NCBI GenBank assembly: GCA_000697335.1
Contig: JNEM01012531.1
Span: 1-32,356 of the forward strand
DNA length: 32,356 bases
Direction of reading: 5' to 3'
Source of the DNA: Conidiobolus incongruus B7586
Taxonomy: Eukaryota
Made by a program: the position numbers and the translations under genes. The notes under the pieces are model-generated. The model searched no databases. It was given only the letters and a program-made list of their open reading frames with translations, and had not been told where the DNA came from. How positions within the stretch are numbered: the stretch's first letter is position 1; every line of letters starts with the position of its first letter. Below are positions 13,501-25,850 of the stretch, in pieces.

Positions 13501-14345
13501 TACTGATTGCAATTGATTTATTTTCCAAATATGCTTATTTTATTCCTTGTTTCAAAACTTCTACAGCTAGAGATGTTGCACAATTGTTATTCTCTAATAT
13601 CTTTACCCACCATAGAATTCCACAAACTATTGTATCTGATAAAGATGTGTGATTCAACTCTTGATTCTAAAAGTCACTATCTTCTTCCCTTAAGATTAAC
13701 CTAGCTATGTCTACTACTAATCATCACTAAACCAATAAACTTGCTGAAAGAACTATCAAAACCCTGAAGCAAATGATTAGAGCCTATATTGACACTAATT
13801 AGTTAAATTAGGATGCTTATATCTACTAACTCTAATATTCATTTAACACCTTTATCAATAAATCAACAGGTTTTAGCTTTTATTTCATTAATTATAGCAA
13901 ACATCCTAATTTAATAATTACTCTAAAACTTCAAATTAACTTACCTTTAGACATTGTTGAATTTCAATCTAATATCAAACATATCAATTCTCTTGTCAAA
14001 TTTAACTTAGAAGAAAATCAAAGGATCATAGAACAACAATACTCAAAGTTATCTAGAAACCCTCCTAAATATAAAACTGGTATGTTTGTATACTTAGAAC
14101 AATCTGCCCTTAAACCTACCCTATTTAAATCTGGCTTAAATCCCAAATACTTACCATTATATTATAGTCCCTATAAAATTCAATCTATTGATTCAAATTT
14201 TGAAAATATTACCTTGGAATTACCTTTAACTTTGAGGATCAACCCTACCTTTCACATATCTAAAATTAAACCATATTTTGAAGATTTTGACACTTTTCCT
14301 AATTGATTAAAAACCCCAAAACTAGATCTAATTATTAATCAAGAT

Positions 14346-14480
14346 GGAGAAGAAGAATACTATATTGATTATATAATTAAGTCTAAATCTATTAGGAATA
14401 AGCTTTATTTTTATGTAAAATGGATAGGTTATCTTATTAAAGAAGCTACATAAGAACCTCTAGAAAATATTAAGAATACT
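14346..14480 (+). other. Chromodomain remnant at the integrase C-terminus
   Basis: GEEEYYIDYIIKSKSIRNKLYFYVKWIGYLIKEAT*EPLENIKN fits the Y..E.I...Y.VKW.GY....TWEP.EN pattern, with W mutated to TAA. Confidence 0.88.
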
Positions 14481-14547
14481 TTAGCCTACTATACCTATTT
14501 GCAAAAAATTAGGGAGTGTGTCTCCTCTAAAAAACTTACTAAGGGAG

Positions 14548-14945
14548 TGTTAAGAGACTAATTCTTTAAATTCTTATATATACTTTTATATAATCCAATT
14601 AACTATAAATTATATGATTAATTTATACTTATGTAGTTAAATTAATTGTATAAATAGTATTAAATTATCTAATAAACTAGGTTCCTCTTTTTCTTCTCAA
14701 TTCTTACTATTTTTACTTTTACACTATTTCTAAGATTGAGACTATATTCTGTTGATATTGTAGGATATTAGCACTACCTAATATAAATCTTAATATATCG
14801 GTGACTCATCCTAGTTCGAAGCTTAATTAAACTTTGTTTACACTTGCACACTACAGCCACGTTATATTACCACATTCTGTGCCACACTACTTTTATATTA
14901 AGTCTTCCTCTGCACTATATTAGCTTAACTACCACTACACTTACA
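14548..14945 (+). repeat. 3' LTR
   Basis: TG...CA termini, preceded by the purine tract AAGGGAG (PPT) and followed by the TSD CATTC. Confidence 0.95.
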
Positions 14946-15959
14946 CATTCTGTTTATTTCTGAGATGAAATGATTTATTTCAAATATTATACAAAATTTT
15001 CAGATATTGATATTTGAATGTTGAAGAATTAATACCATATATTAATATATATATATATATAACTTAATATTCAGACTTATGATACCTACTAGCAACTAAA
15101 TTAATCAAGTCATCATTTATTGTAAAATTAGAGAGAAAATTAAATATATCTATTGAAAGGGATAATTTAGCCCCTTGTCCTAAGAACTGATGATATTCTA
15201 GAAAATCCACTTTATAAGCCACAGTTTAGTGAGTTTGTAATATTTAAACCATCTGACTTTCCTAAATAAATCCTCTTGTCTATTTCTATTAACTTTAACT
15301 TTACTCTTTCTTTATCTTTTACTTACCTTTTTGGCTCTTCTGCCTAATACTTTCTATCCTTTTACAGGATTCCTCCCAATGGGGCAAGTTTAAACCCCAA
15401 CACTTAACTGATATAAAGTCAATCAAATTCAATCTGAAAAGTATTACTAAATGAATAAAATGAATCCAAAATTTAAGTTAATGTGTGCAATATTCCATCA
15501 TTTCCATGGAATTTATCTTGTTTCAATTAATATTTTGAACTTAATTTATCCAAAACTCATTACTGTATAAAATATTATTAAATTTTTAAAATAGGATTGA
15601 AATAATTTAACAAGTGTGAATGATTGATTCAACTATAAATAGTTTTAATGAGTAAACATCATTATCTTTTACAAATTATTTTTCAATATTATATTTAACA
15701 AACAATATAGCATTGAATCATAAATTTGATTATTTTTTCATTCAATATATAATATTAAATAATTTATATTATTTTCATTTTGATACCCTAGATAAAATGA
15801 TTTATAAATATAGATTGTTCATTAATATTATTATATTAAGAGAGAATTAATTATGTTATTATAACAATCTAGAGTTTCTGAATAATATATATTTTAAAAA
15901 TTGATTTATAAACAAGTTGATATTATTTTTTTGAGTTTGTGTTACACTTTCACAAAAAT

Positions 15960-16733
15960 TCATTCAAATATTCTTTCATCCTTCAAACTTATTTTAAATA
16001 TGTAAGGTTCGGATGATTTTTAACCAAACTCTGGAAATTCTGAAGACTTGTATACCACATCATATGTACTATTCCCATAACAGCATAATCATTAATGCGG
16101 ACTCGTTTCTATCCAAATAATGGCAAGTTTCCATCAATTTTACAGATTGTTGAGATTTTATATAAACTGTTGAATATTTTCATCAGTGTTTTTAAAGTAC
16201 TGTTCAAGAGTCATAACAATCATAGCTTCTCGAGATTCTCTCCAATATTATCTATTAATATTGCCACAATAATTATTTACTTTAATAATCGTTAAACTGA
16301 AAAAATATTATCTCTACTCGTTGTAAATCTTTTTAAGCTTTCTAAAACTATGAGATTGTTGTCAAATAGCAAGCTACCTGGATAATTTTCATTCCAATAA
16401 TGGGCAATTTTGGGAATAAGAAGCATTATTTCACCGTTATCAAATTTTACATCGGGTACAAGAGCCCATTAATTTTTACTACGCAAATTATGAACTTAAT
16501 ATTTTTCTGGTTATTAAAGTAGATATTGAAATTAATTCCCTAATAGTAGATCCTACTTCGCTAAAAGTTAAAGGAATAATCTCAAAATTAATACTTTAAG
16601 ATCAGTTAATAAATATCCAAAAATTGCAATATTTAAAGTATATCTTATATTTTAAACAACATTGACCAAGAATGACCTAGGGTCTAAAGCTAATACTATT
16701 CTTTTTATTCTATAATTCATATATTTGAGTCAT
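15960..16733 (-). pseudogene. GST pseudogene, paralog of 30246-31062
   Basis: MTQIYEL*NKKNSISFRP*VILGQCCLKYK, INFEIIPLTFSEVGSTI and WALVPDVKFDNGEIMLLIPKIAHYWNENYP match exons 1-3 of the intact GST. DYAVMG matches DYIVMG. Several stops and frameshifts. The 3' limit is approximate. Confidence 0.85.
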
Positions 16734-18581
16734 CTTTAAAAGTTTATTGTATACATTTGATTTGAAGAGTTTTAATGTTTGTTTGCTTCAATTTCTTTAT
16801 TTTCTCTATCTAAAAATGGCTAAAAATTCAGTATAAAATTAATAATTATTTTGGAAAATTTAAATTGAATATGTCATTTGTTTTTAGTTTAATATATCCT
16901 TCCAACTGCCTTCATGGTTTGTAAATTCGTATAGAATATCTATAATAAATTGATAATTAATATTTTGACTAATCATTGACTTGGAGAATCTTCAAATGCA
17001 AATCTGCCATCAAAACTAAATTTACTAGAATTTGAATTGTTAAATGACTAAAAAGTACATTCATAATATTATATAAAATTGAGTTAAAATAAAATATTAT
17101 ATTTTCGTCAATAGTATTAAAAATTAGATATATATTACAAAATTATATTTAATATATAAAGGATTTGTACACTTAATAAAGATCATCTCTAACTCGTGAT
17201 TACAAGATGGAAGTTAAACTAATCTCACAGCAGATATTCACACAATATTTAATAGCAATATTTAATTATACTACTTTATTTGAAATTAATTTGAATATCG
17301 TCTCAATCTTCAAATTATCTAGTTGAAATTGATTGATGAATAAGTTGAGTATTAATCATGCCTTTATTCGACACTGATATTTTATTAAAAAAATTATATT
17401 ATTTAATATTATTAAAACTTAATTAACCTATTTAGAATTTTAATATTTATTCAAAATTTATATTCTTCAAATAAAAATTACCTACCGATTATAATATATT
17501 ACTCAAATTTATGTATAAACAATAAATAATATTTTGAAAAATGTTTACATAATAAAAATTCTAGTTAATTATATAATTATTGTAAGATATATGAAATAAA
17601 ATAGATTTTTTATTTTATAATCAAATACACTATTATACATGAATATTATTTTCTAAATTAAGTTTGGATTCAAAGTTATTTTTACTTATTTTTATTTGAA
17701 ATTTTAATTATCAAAGTTTATTAATTTAAATTGAATTAATTATATAACTGTAGTGTATATTTTCAGGTCACAAACATAGATATTAACTATGTTTTGAGGT
17801 TATATATAGATTATTTAATAAGTCTATTGTGTTTGTTGTAAAACTCTATTGTTTACATAGGGTTCAGGATGGCTAAGATTAATTTTGGGGTTAATGTCAT
17901 GTGAAGTCATTCTATCAAAAAGATAATACTGTCAATTCTTTTGTATGTGGGTTTGATTAAATGTTAAATATGAATAAAACCAAAAAGATGTTCTTTATTG
18001 TTTCAAAATATAAAATTTGCTTTTATATTATAACTACACACTACTAAAATATCAGATGCTTTTTATCAATGCATCATCTATTAATATAAACATGTTTAAC
18101 TGTATAACTCATAAATACAACAGTGTTATTGTTTTTTTATCCATCCTACTTCACCAAGTTAAGAGACAAGTGTTAACATACTTTCATCACATTCATCTTG
18201 CAGCTATATTTCATCTAATTAAATATATAAGAAATCATTAAAGACAATTTTAAATAAAATAAAATTGTTTTTTTTATTTAAATAGTGTATATTGAATATT
18301 AACAAAATTAGGTTGTTGTAATTAATATTTTTTATATTTTTAAAAAATAAAAAAAAATTAATTTATAAGTAATCAATTTACTTCATTTTTATATTAAGAA
18401 AATTCAAATTAACAAATATCAAAAATATTGATTAATTAAATATATAAATTAATGTTATAGTATATTATATACACTTTTGGAGATATTATAGTTACTTTAG
18501 GTTTTGAAATATAGCAATAATGAAAATTAAGTTATTTTTTACAATTATTGATTATAAATCTAATTCAAGTAAAATCTGTTT

Positions 18582-18585
<4 letters not shown>

Positions 18586-18612
<27 letters not shown>
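18586..18612. repeat. (TA)n microsatellite
   Basis: About 13 TA units; the tract resumes at 18930-18941. Confidence 0.9.
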
Positions 18613-18615
<3 letters not shown>

Positions 18616-18929
18616 CAACTGTAAATGTAGGAGGAAATAGACTTTTAGAGCTTAAATAAGGAATTGCCAGTAGTAAACAACAGATTACCTCAAAATTAAG
18701 GGAAATTAAAGGGGTTCATCAAATTATATGAAAGTAGCTTATTGCAAACAAAATAAATACTCAATACTTTTACTTAGAGACTAGATACTTTTGAAAATGA
18801 AGATAGAAAGATAAGTTCATTAAATGATAAAGTTAACTAATTTATGAAATGTGGTACTTTTAATGTAACTACTTCCATTAATATAATAATCAGAGTTTCT
18901 TAAGTGATGGACAAAGTTATTCCTTATCA
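18613..18929. mobile_element. Probable solo LTR inserted in (TA)n
   Basis: 317 bp, TGACAA...TTATCA (inverted termini with one transition). TA repeats on both sides; no CpG seen. Confidence 0.5.
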
Positions 18930-18941
18930 TATATATATATA

Positions 18942-20511
18942 CACTAACTTGCAAAAATAAGTCATAAAATCAAAAACACTTATATTTTTACTAATAACTT
19001 GATTAATATTTAATGAAATAAACTTAAATTAAATAATTAAAATCTATTATATTTATTAGTTATATATATCATTAAATGATGATATTTAGTTATTAATTGG
19101 TTAAAATATAAACCTTTAAATTTTACCTAAAGTGAGTTATAAATTTGTAGGTTTTTGGTGATAAAAAAATTAAAACCTAGTGTATCTACCTTTAGCTTTT
19201 CTAACTTCTTTAAGTTTGTGGGGTATAGAATCAACTAACTTCTTATACTAAAAAGAGTTAATCTTGTTCTATACTTCTTAAATATATTCTTAAAGTTGAT
19301 TTAAATTTTTTGTTAGGGGGAAAGCTTTAATAGTTTTTTTTAATTAATCCTAAAGGTGTTTAATTAAATTAAAGTTAAAAGATTAAAGAAACCACTTTAT
19401 AACTGTTAATTTATTATTTTTAAGCTATTTGGTAGTAGAAGCTATAGTATAATAAAAAACATTATCTTATTAAAAAATAACATTAGATTTATTTAACCTA
19501 TATTATTCAATAGTTTTTTTCAATTCATTATTTAAAATATTTTAGTATATCTTAATATTAATTCCTTTATTAACTTTATAAAAATACCTTACACTTAAAA
19601 ACAACATATATCCTTAAATAATAATTGATTTACTATTATACTTTTAGGTAAAATTAATATAATAGTTACAAAGTAGTTTTATATTTTTTCTAAAGTATCT
19701 AGCTTTTTTATTAAATCTACTAAGGTATATTTTTGTTTCATTAAACTAAATAACTTTACTCTAATTAGTTTTAGTTTAACATTAGTAATGACATTTAAAC
19801 TCTCACCTAGCTTTATAGTAGGATTTCTTTAGTTGGGGGTGTTTTTTCTTAAAATGTAAGTGGTATCTATGTTAATATAAAGTATATATAATAATATTAG
19901 TGCTAACTAATATTCCTATATAGTTTTATAGTTCCTATTGTATTTCTACAATAGTACTATATTTACCTATATTAACCAACCTATAGATATACTTCTTATT
20001 ATATTTATTTATAATTTTAGTACACTTAAGTTTAAGTTTAAATATTTCTTTATTGTTATTCTTAACAACTTTAACTATAATAGACTAGCTAACACTAGTA
20101 ATTCTAGCAATATCATAAGTTGATTTACCTTCTTTATAAAGTTAATTAATGTGCAAGTAGATTTTTTTAGAGAGGGATTTAAATATAATGATACTAATAA
20201 AAAAATTTAGTATATCTATAAAATATTATATAAAATAATAACAAAGAGAGAAAAAAGATATGGTTATATATTGTTAAATATATCCCTTTATCTCAAAAAC
20301 CTGTAAATTTATAACTCACCTTAGTTAAATATTAAAGGTTAATATTTTTACTAATAGTTTACTAAATATATTTAAATATATTTATTTTTTATTAAATAAT
20401 ATACTCTAATTATATATTATAGTTTCAAGTAATCTAATATATACAATTATTTTAGTTATTAATTAAAATATATATATTTTTGATTTTATGACTCACTTTT
20501 GCAGGTTAGTG
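18942..20511 (-). mobile_element. Tc1-family (DD34E) DNA transposon, full length and hypermutated, with ~225-bp TIRs
   Basis: TA-flanked ends CACTAAC(T/C)TGCAAAA(A/G)T(A/G)AGTCATAAAATCAAAAA. TIRs ~18942-19167 and ~20286-20511. Minus-strand relics: KVI*FNETKI (for KVIWSDETKI, ~19757-19728) and F**DNVFYY...WFL*SFNFNLIKHL* (for FQQDNAPCH...WPPQSPDLNPIEHLW). Exactly 34 codons lie between D (19466) and the E position (19361). Confidence 0.92.
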
Positions 20512-20789
20512 TATATATATATTATAATTCAAATAAACATAATTTTTTACATGATAAAATGTTTAACTTGAAAAGTATATAACTTAATTTATCATAATAA
20601 TTATAAATCTTGATAATTATATTTATTTATCATTAAATGAAATAAAGTAAAATTTTTCAATATTAATTTACTAGATAAAATATACATATGCATATTTCAA
20701 AAGTATTCCTTATATTAGATAATTTAGTGTTATATATTAAAAAATTTAAAAACTATTAAGTTTTGAAATAATTTTCTTAATAATTTAAA

Positions 20790-21150
20790 ATTGATTTATA
20801 TTAAGAAAATTATTGTTAAACTGATATTTACATTTATTAAATAAAATATAATTTTAAACTTATGAAAGTTTCTTAACAATATTAAAATATTTGTATTTCC
20901 AATTTTTCTTAATTAATTTGGCTTTAATATTATTTTTTTAAAACTGTCCTTTATAAATTCCTTTAATAGCTCAAACTAATCATAATAATAAAGATTCATA
21001 TTCAAAAAGCATGGCTTATATAATAATAAAGTTCATTTTTTATTAAATAAGGTAATTCGTAATGTTTATTTAATGAGGCTTGATATTCTCATTAACAATT
21101 ACAGCTCTTTGAATTTTAAAATTCAAATTATTTTATAATTTTTTTTCTTA
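20790..21150 (-). mobile_element. Mariner-like transposase fragment, heavily decayed
   Basis: Minus strand reads VIVNENIKPH (like HDNARPH), LLYKPCFLNMNLYYYD*FELLK (like LPHPPYSPDLxPCDYxLFxxLK) and KLS*V* (like KLPxVW), in the expected order. Limits are approximate. Confidence 0.5.
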
Positions 21151-24100
21151 AAAAATATATTTTATATGATAATATTATGATTTTAATATGTTGATTCCTT
21201 GTAATAATAATAATAATTTGAAGCAAATACCTATATTTTTCATATCAATTATTATTGTTAATTATATTTAGATTTTTTTTTGAAAAAATTAGAACTAAAG
21301 CTTTAGCTTTAACCCATACTCTAGGTGTTTACAATGTAATAGTGTATACAGTGAGTTCCAGCTTTTATCAATATCAATAATATGCTTTAGTAGCCTAGGA
21401 TGTGGTTTTATATTTATTGATGATTTAAACTATTATATTTACTCTCTTCTATTTTCTTAAAAATCTGACAATATATTGGTTACTTATTCAAAGCTATTTT
21501 AATCATAGATCCTTTGTTAATACTGTGATTCTAGCGATTATTAGTAGAACTTTAATAATAGATAAGGAAGCGACTTGTTTATGGCCTGTTTGGTAGTTTA
21601 GGTTAGGGTGTTTTATTGAGGTTTGATAATGGTTTAATGGGATTAACAGAAGATCGGAGGTGATGCTGAAAATGTATCCCGACAGTGGTTCTTTTATAAA
21701 CCAATTGTCGGCTGTAGGTAGTGTAAAGTAGCATATTGGGTTTCTGAAAGAATAAGACCTTGAAGTGGTGTGATAGATCTTCTAGGGTTAAGACCCCATA
21801 AGGTAATAGATCGCGAGATGAAGTTGGTCGGGCGGGTTACTATCTATGTAACCACAATAATAATAGTATTTATATTAATTAAATAATTATTTTATAAAAA
21901 TATATCAAATATAAGGAAAATTAAAATAACATCAAAAACATATAATAATAATTTCAAATCATCACAATTAAACAGCTATATTAGCTGAAAATCAGAATTT
22001 TTTTGATAAACCAATACAAATATAATACGGGTATAATTGGAATACTAAAGTTATTAGAATCTCAATAAAATTATCATAATTAATACGAGTGGAACTGAAT
22101 TTTTACAGAAATTTTAAATTAAAAATAATAATTACAAATTGCATGCAAATCAATAAAAAGAAATTTGATAATAAGGCAAATATAATAAAAAATATATTTG
22201 AATTATTTCAAATGTTAATGAAACTAAATATAAATCAATTGGGCTATTAGTTATATTTATTAATTTTAAGTTATGTTAATATAATTTGGTAAATCTTATA
22301 TAACAAATCAAATTTAATTCTTTTTATTTAAAATTGTGGATCCTTATATATTATAAATGTTTGGTTGATAATGAATTTTAAATGTTTATATTAAATATAT
22401 AATTAAAAATGATGATCCGATTTGAATTAATTGAACAATATTATATCTTTAAAATTGTATTTAATAATTTTATTTGAATATACCTTACAAAACTATTTTG
22501 ATTCATAGAAATTTATTAAGTTATGCGATTTATAGTATTTATATTTTTTTGATCTTAATTTTAAATATATTTTTACAATTCTTTCAGTTTTTAATTGATA
22601 AGAATCAATATTATAAATATTTAAAGTGAGAATTATTATTACATAAGATAATTTTTTATTTAATCATGAATTATACTTTAATAGTTTGAGAAATTATTAA
22701 TTATAGATATTGTAAAAGTCAATAATTGAAATAAATTTACTTTTTCAATAATATATTATTAATATTGAATTATTAATCTCAAACTTTCAGAAGTTTTATA
22801 TAAGTTTTAACTATCCTAAATTAAAAACTAAAAATTAAACTATTTAATCTAAGATTTAACAGCCTTGAATTAAATAATTTAAAATTTTAACTTATTTAAA
22901 TAAGTATTATTATATATATTATATAGTATAAAGGGTAGTGATAGCAAAACTAATATAATATAAAGGAAGTATTAATATTAAAATATCATAGCTTTTAATA
23001 TAATACTAATAATATAGCATAATAATATAAATATAGACAAAGTTTAATTTAGCTTTATATATAATAAGTTAATATAAATATATTAAGTTTTATATTAAAT
23101 AATACCAATATATTATAATATTAATACTATATAATTTTAATTACAAAAATAATAAAGAAGTTAAGAATTAATAAGACTTAAGAAAAAAAAGTAATCTATT
23201 TTATTAAATAATTAAATGCTATTTATATAATTAATATAATTTTTAAAATATAAATTAACTAATTAAAATATATTTAAATGACTTATATATTAAATATTTA
23301 AATAAGAATTTTAAGAACTAGTTTTCTATTATAGTATATAGCAAATAAAATATTAATAATTAATAATATTATTTATTTCATATTAATTTATTTTGTTTAT
23401 ATTTAAAATAATATTTTTTAAATATAAGTTTTATCAATATAAAATTATTCATTTATTTATTTATTGATTTATTGAATTTATATGAGATATTATATAATTG
23501 AGAGTTTTATAAAAAATTATATAAATATATGTTTATTCAAAGAGTAAAAAAGTTTAAAATTATATATACTGTTGATTTTTTGAGTTCTGGTTGAAAAAGT
23601 TATGCATATTATTAATATCTGAGTTACCCTGATTCTATATGTTTTATAATCAAAATAAACTTAGATTTTCTTAATTTCAAAATAAATTAACTAGATAAAA
23701 TTATTAAGATTAGTAACAAAGCATATATCTTTATTAAATGATGAGCAAGTTCAATATTTATTTTTAGAGAATTATAAATTCTGTCATTATATTAATATCA
23801 AATTTTCATGATGCCTCAAATTAAATTAAATTAAAAAAACTAATCCTTAATAATAAAATAGTAGAATAACTGATTAACAAAATTTTTGACCAATAACTTG
23901 ACGTATATTAATAGTTAAATACTTATAAAAATAAAAAAATACAATCAATATATAAAAGCATGTCATAAATTTAAAAGTAGAAATTAAGTTAAAATTTAAA
24001 TAAAATTAGAATATATAAATATATATACTTATATTATATTTATTTATTATTGGTAATATACAAAATCACTAAACAAGAGTGAAAATCAACATTAGAGAAG

Positions 24101-24286
24101 ATCCATGTTCAAGAGTGAGGACAATAGTATATAGAAGAATGATTGCAAATCGGCGAAAGAGATTGAACAATGCAAAAAAGGTGGGAGGGGAAAGCTAAAA
24201 TATAATAAATTTGTTAATATAAAATAGTGAAAAATATTAAAAATATGTTTTAAATAGTTACAATTTTTAAAATAAATGATCAAATA

Positions 24287-24683
24287 CTGGGTGCAATGAC
24301 TGCTGACGGCCGGAGAAGGCACTCAAATCTGGCTGACAAAATTCACCTGTCACTCAAATCCTCTCCAAATTAAATATCTACTCAACTCAATACAGACCAA
24401 TTCACGAGTGTCAAATTCTAAAGAAAAAGGTATATATACATTTGGTGTGTAAGTATTCATATGATCGAGAAAACGGAGCTCAAGGATCCAAATAGATAGG
24501 TATATGAAGGAAACGAAGCAATAAAGAATGGCCCAAGCCATAATATAACGGAAGATAAAAGCATTAAAGAGTGGAATCGAGAGGAGAGAGTGAGTAGATC
24601 CAAGAGAGAGGAAAATGAGATCGTGAAAAGTCCAAGACGACCAACCCACTAGCCTGACTCAGGCTTACGATCAAAGCACCCAG
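24287..24683. other. 397-bp element with inverted termini and TA flanks: MITE or structured ncRNA
   Basis: TA|CTGGGTGCAATGA...TCAAAGCACCCAG|TA. Internal complementarity between 24376-24388 and 24588-24599. Palindrome AGCCTGACTCAGGCT at 24651-24665. Confidence 0.55.
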
Positions 24684-25507
24684 TATAAGGAAGAAAGGTT
24701 GAAGATAAATAATGAATCAAGTACACTATTTATATCCAATTATTATCAATTATAAATAACCTTTCAATAAACAATTAATAACATTTTGCATCATATTTTT
24801 AATCTTCATTCATTATATTAGAAAATATGAATTTATAATAATTGATTTTAATTGGTGAGAAAAAGTAATGAGATATTTATTTATTCAAAGTGGCTTATCA
24901 AAATAATATGATTATTTTTTATTTTATTTGACATATATAATTAGTAAACAAATCATATAAAAATAAAAATCTATCAATTATATCATAACGGTATAACTAA
25001 AATGAAATTTATATACTAAATCTATTAAAATACTTTGTAATTATCCAAAAATTATTATATTTCATAATTTTAATTGAGACAATTTTATTAGTAATGTATT
25101 AGATAATTATACCCCTGAAGTATTAAATTGTTCTAAAATATGCATTGTAATTTTAGATATTTTAGTTCTGATAAACAAATATGATAAAGCTATTATTTGG
25201 AAAAGATAATCAAATATATTTTATATTATTTATATTAATTTATATTAATTTATGTATTCTATATTGAATTTCCAAAATTTCAAATCATTTTTTCCCAAAT
25301 ATTGTCTATAAAATTCAGTGATAAATATATTCGAATATTTATTCTTAATTATAAATAACGAAAATTTTCTAATAATTAAAACAAAATATATCAAAATTCA
25401 TAACATTGACTTTTATTTTGCTCATGGCTTTAATGATATAATTTTATTTAAATTTAATACTATTTAATAGAAAAAATATATTATTATAAAGTTTTATTTT
25501 ATTTTAA

Positions 25508-25850
25508 ATATTGAAAATTATATGTTATCATATATTCTATCAATTAATAAGAATATTAAATATTAGAATAAGTAAATTAATTTAAACATAAATAAATTTA
25601 TTAAAAATTAACAAAGTTAAAAAAGTTAAGGATATATTAAAATAATATATATTGAATGGTATGTAATTAAAAAAATTATAATATTACCGGTTTGATTTAA
25701 TTATAGATATTGAAATATACATATATTATCAAACATTTTATCAATTAATAAGAATACTAAATATCAAAATATGTAAATTAATTTAAATATAAATAAATTT
25801 TATTAATTTTTAATAAAATTAAAAAAGTAAAGAATATTATAGAATGATCT
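25508..25850. repeat. Diverged direct repeat, period ~200 bp
   Basis: 'tatcaattaataagaata(t/c)taaatat...gtaaattaatttaaa(c/t)ataaataaattt' at ~25538 and ~25739. Confidence 0.75.

Larger units (their letters stand above)
8894..14945 (+). mobile_element. Full-length, inactivated Ty3/gypsy LTR retrotransposon (chromovirus)
   Basis: 398-bp LTRs at 8894-9291 and 14548-14945, with a 5-bp TSD CATTC (8889-8893 and 14946-14950). Domain order is gag, protease (LINSG for LIDSG, ~11228), RT (YLDNIL for YLDDIL, ~12324), RNase H (FTDSS, TDHKSL), integrase (IDLFSK, IVSDKD, LAERTIKTLK), GPY/F-like motif, chromodomain. Many stop codons. Confidence 0.97.

Noticed and set aside
15151..15402. Possible solo LTR (TATTG...CAACA, AATAAA, CpG-free)
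   Set aside because: No TSD (ATATC vs CTTAA) and no second copy in the window.
17749..18240. CpG-free segment with TGTAGT...ACTACA ends and a 74-aa ORF
   Set aside because: No TSD and no decodable motif. It may be a repeat relic, but this is unsupported.
21598..21791. TAACCCTA and CCCTAACC on the minus strand as a telomerase RNA template
   Set aside because: Only 8-nt matches, no convincing pseudoknot or CR4/5, and G.U pairing favours the + strand as the RNA. The host telomere repeat is unknown.
22780..23440. Extremely TA-rich block resembling an erased TE
   Set aside because: I could not recover termini or protein motifs.
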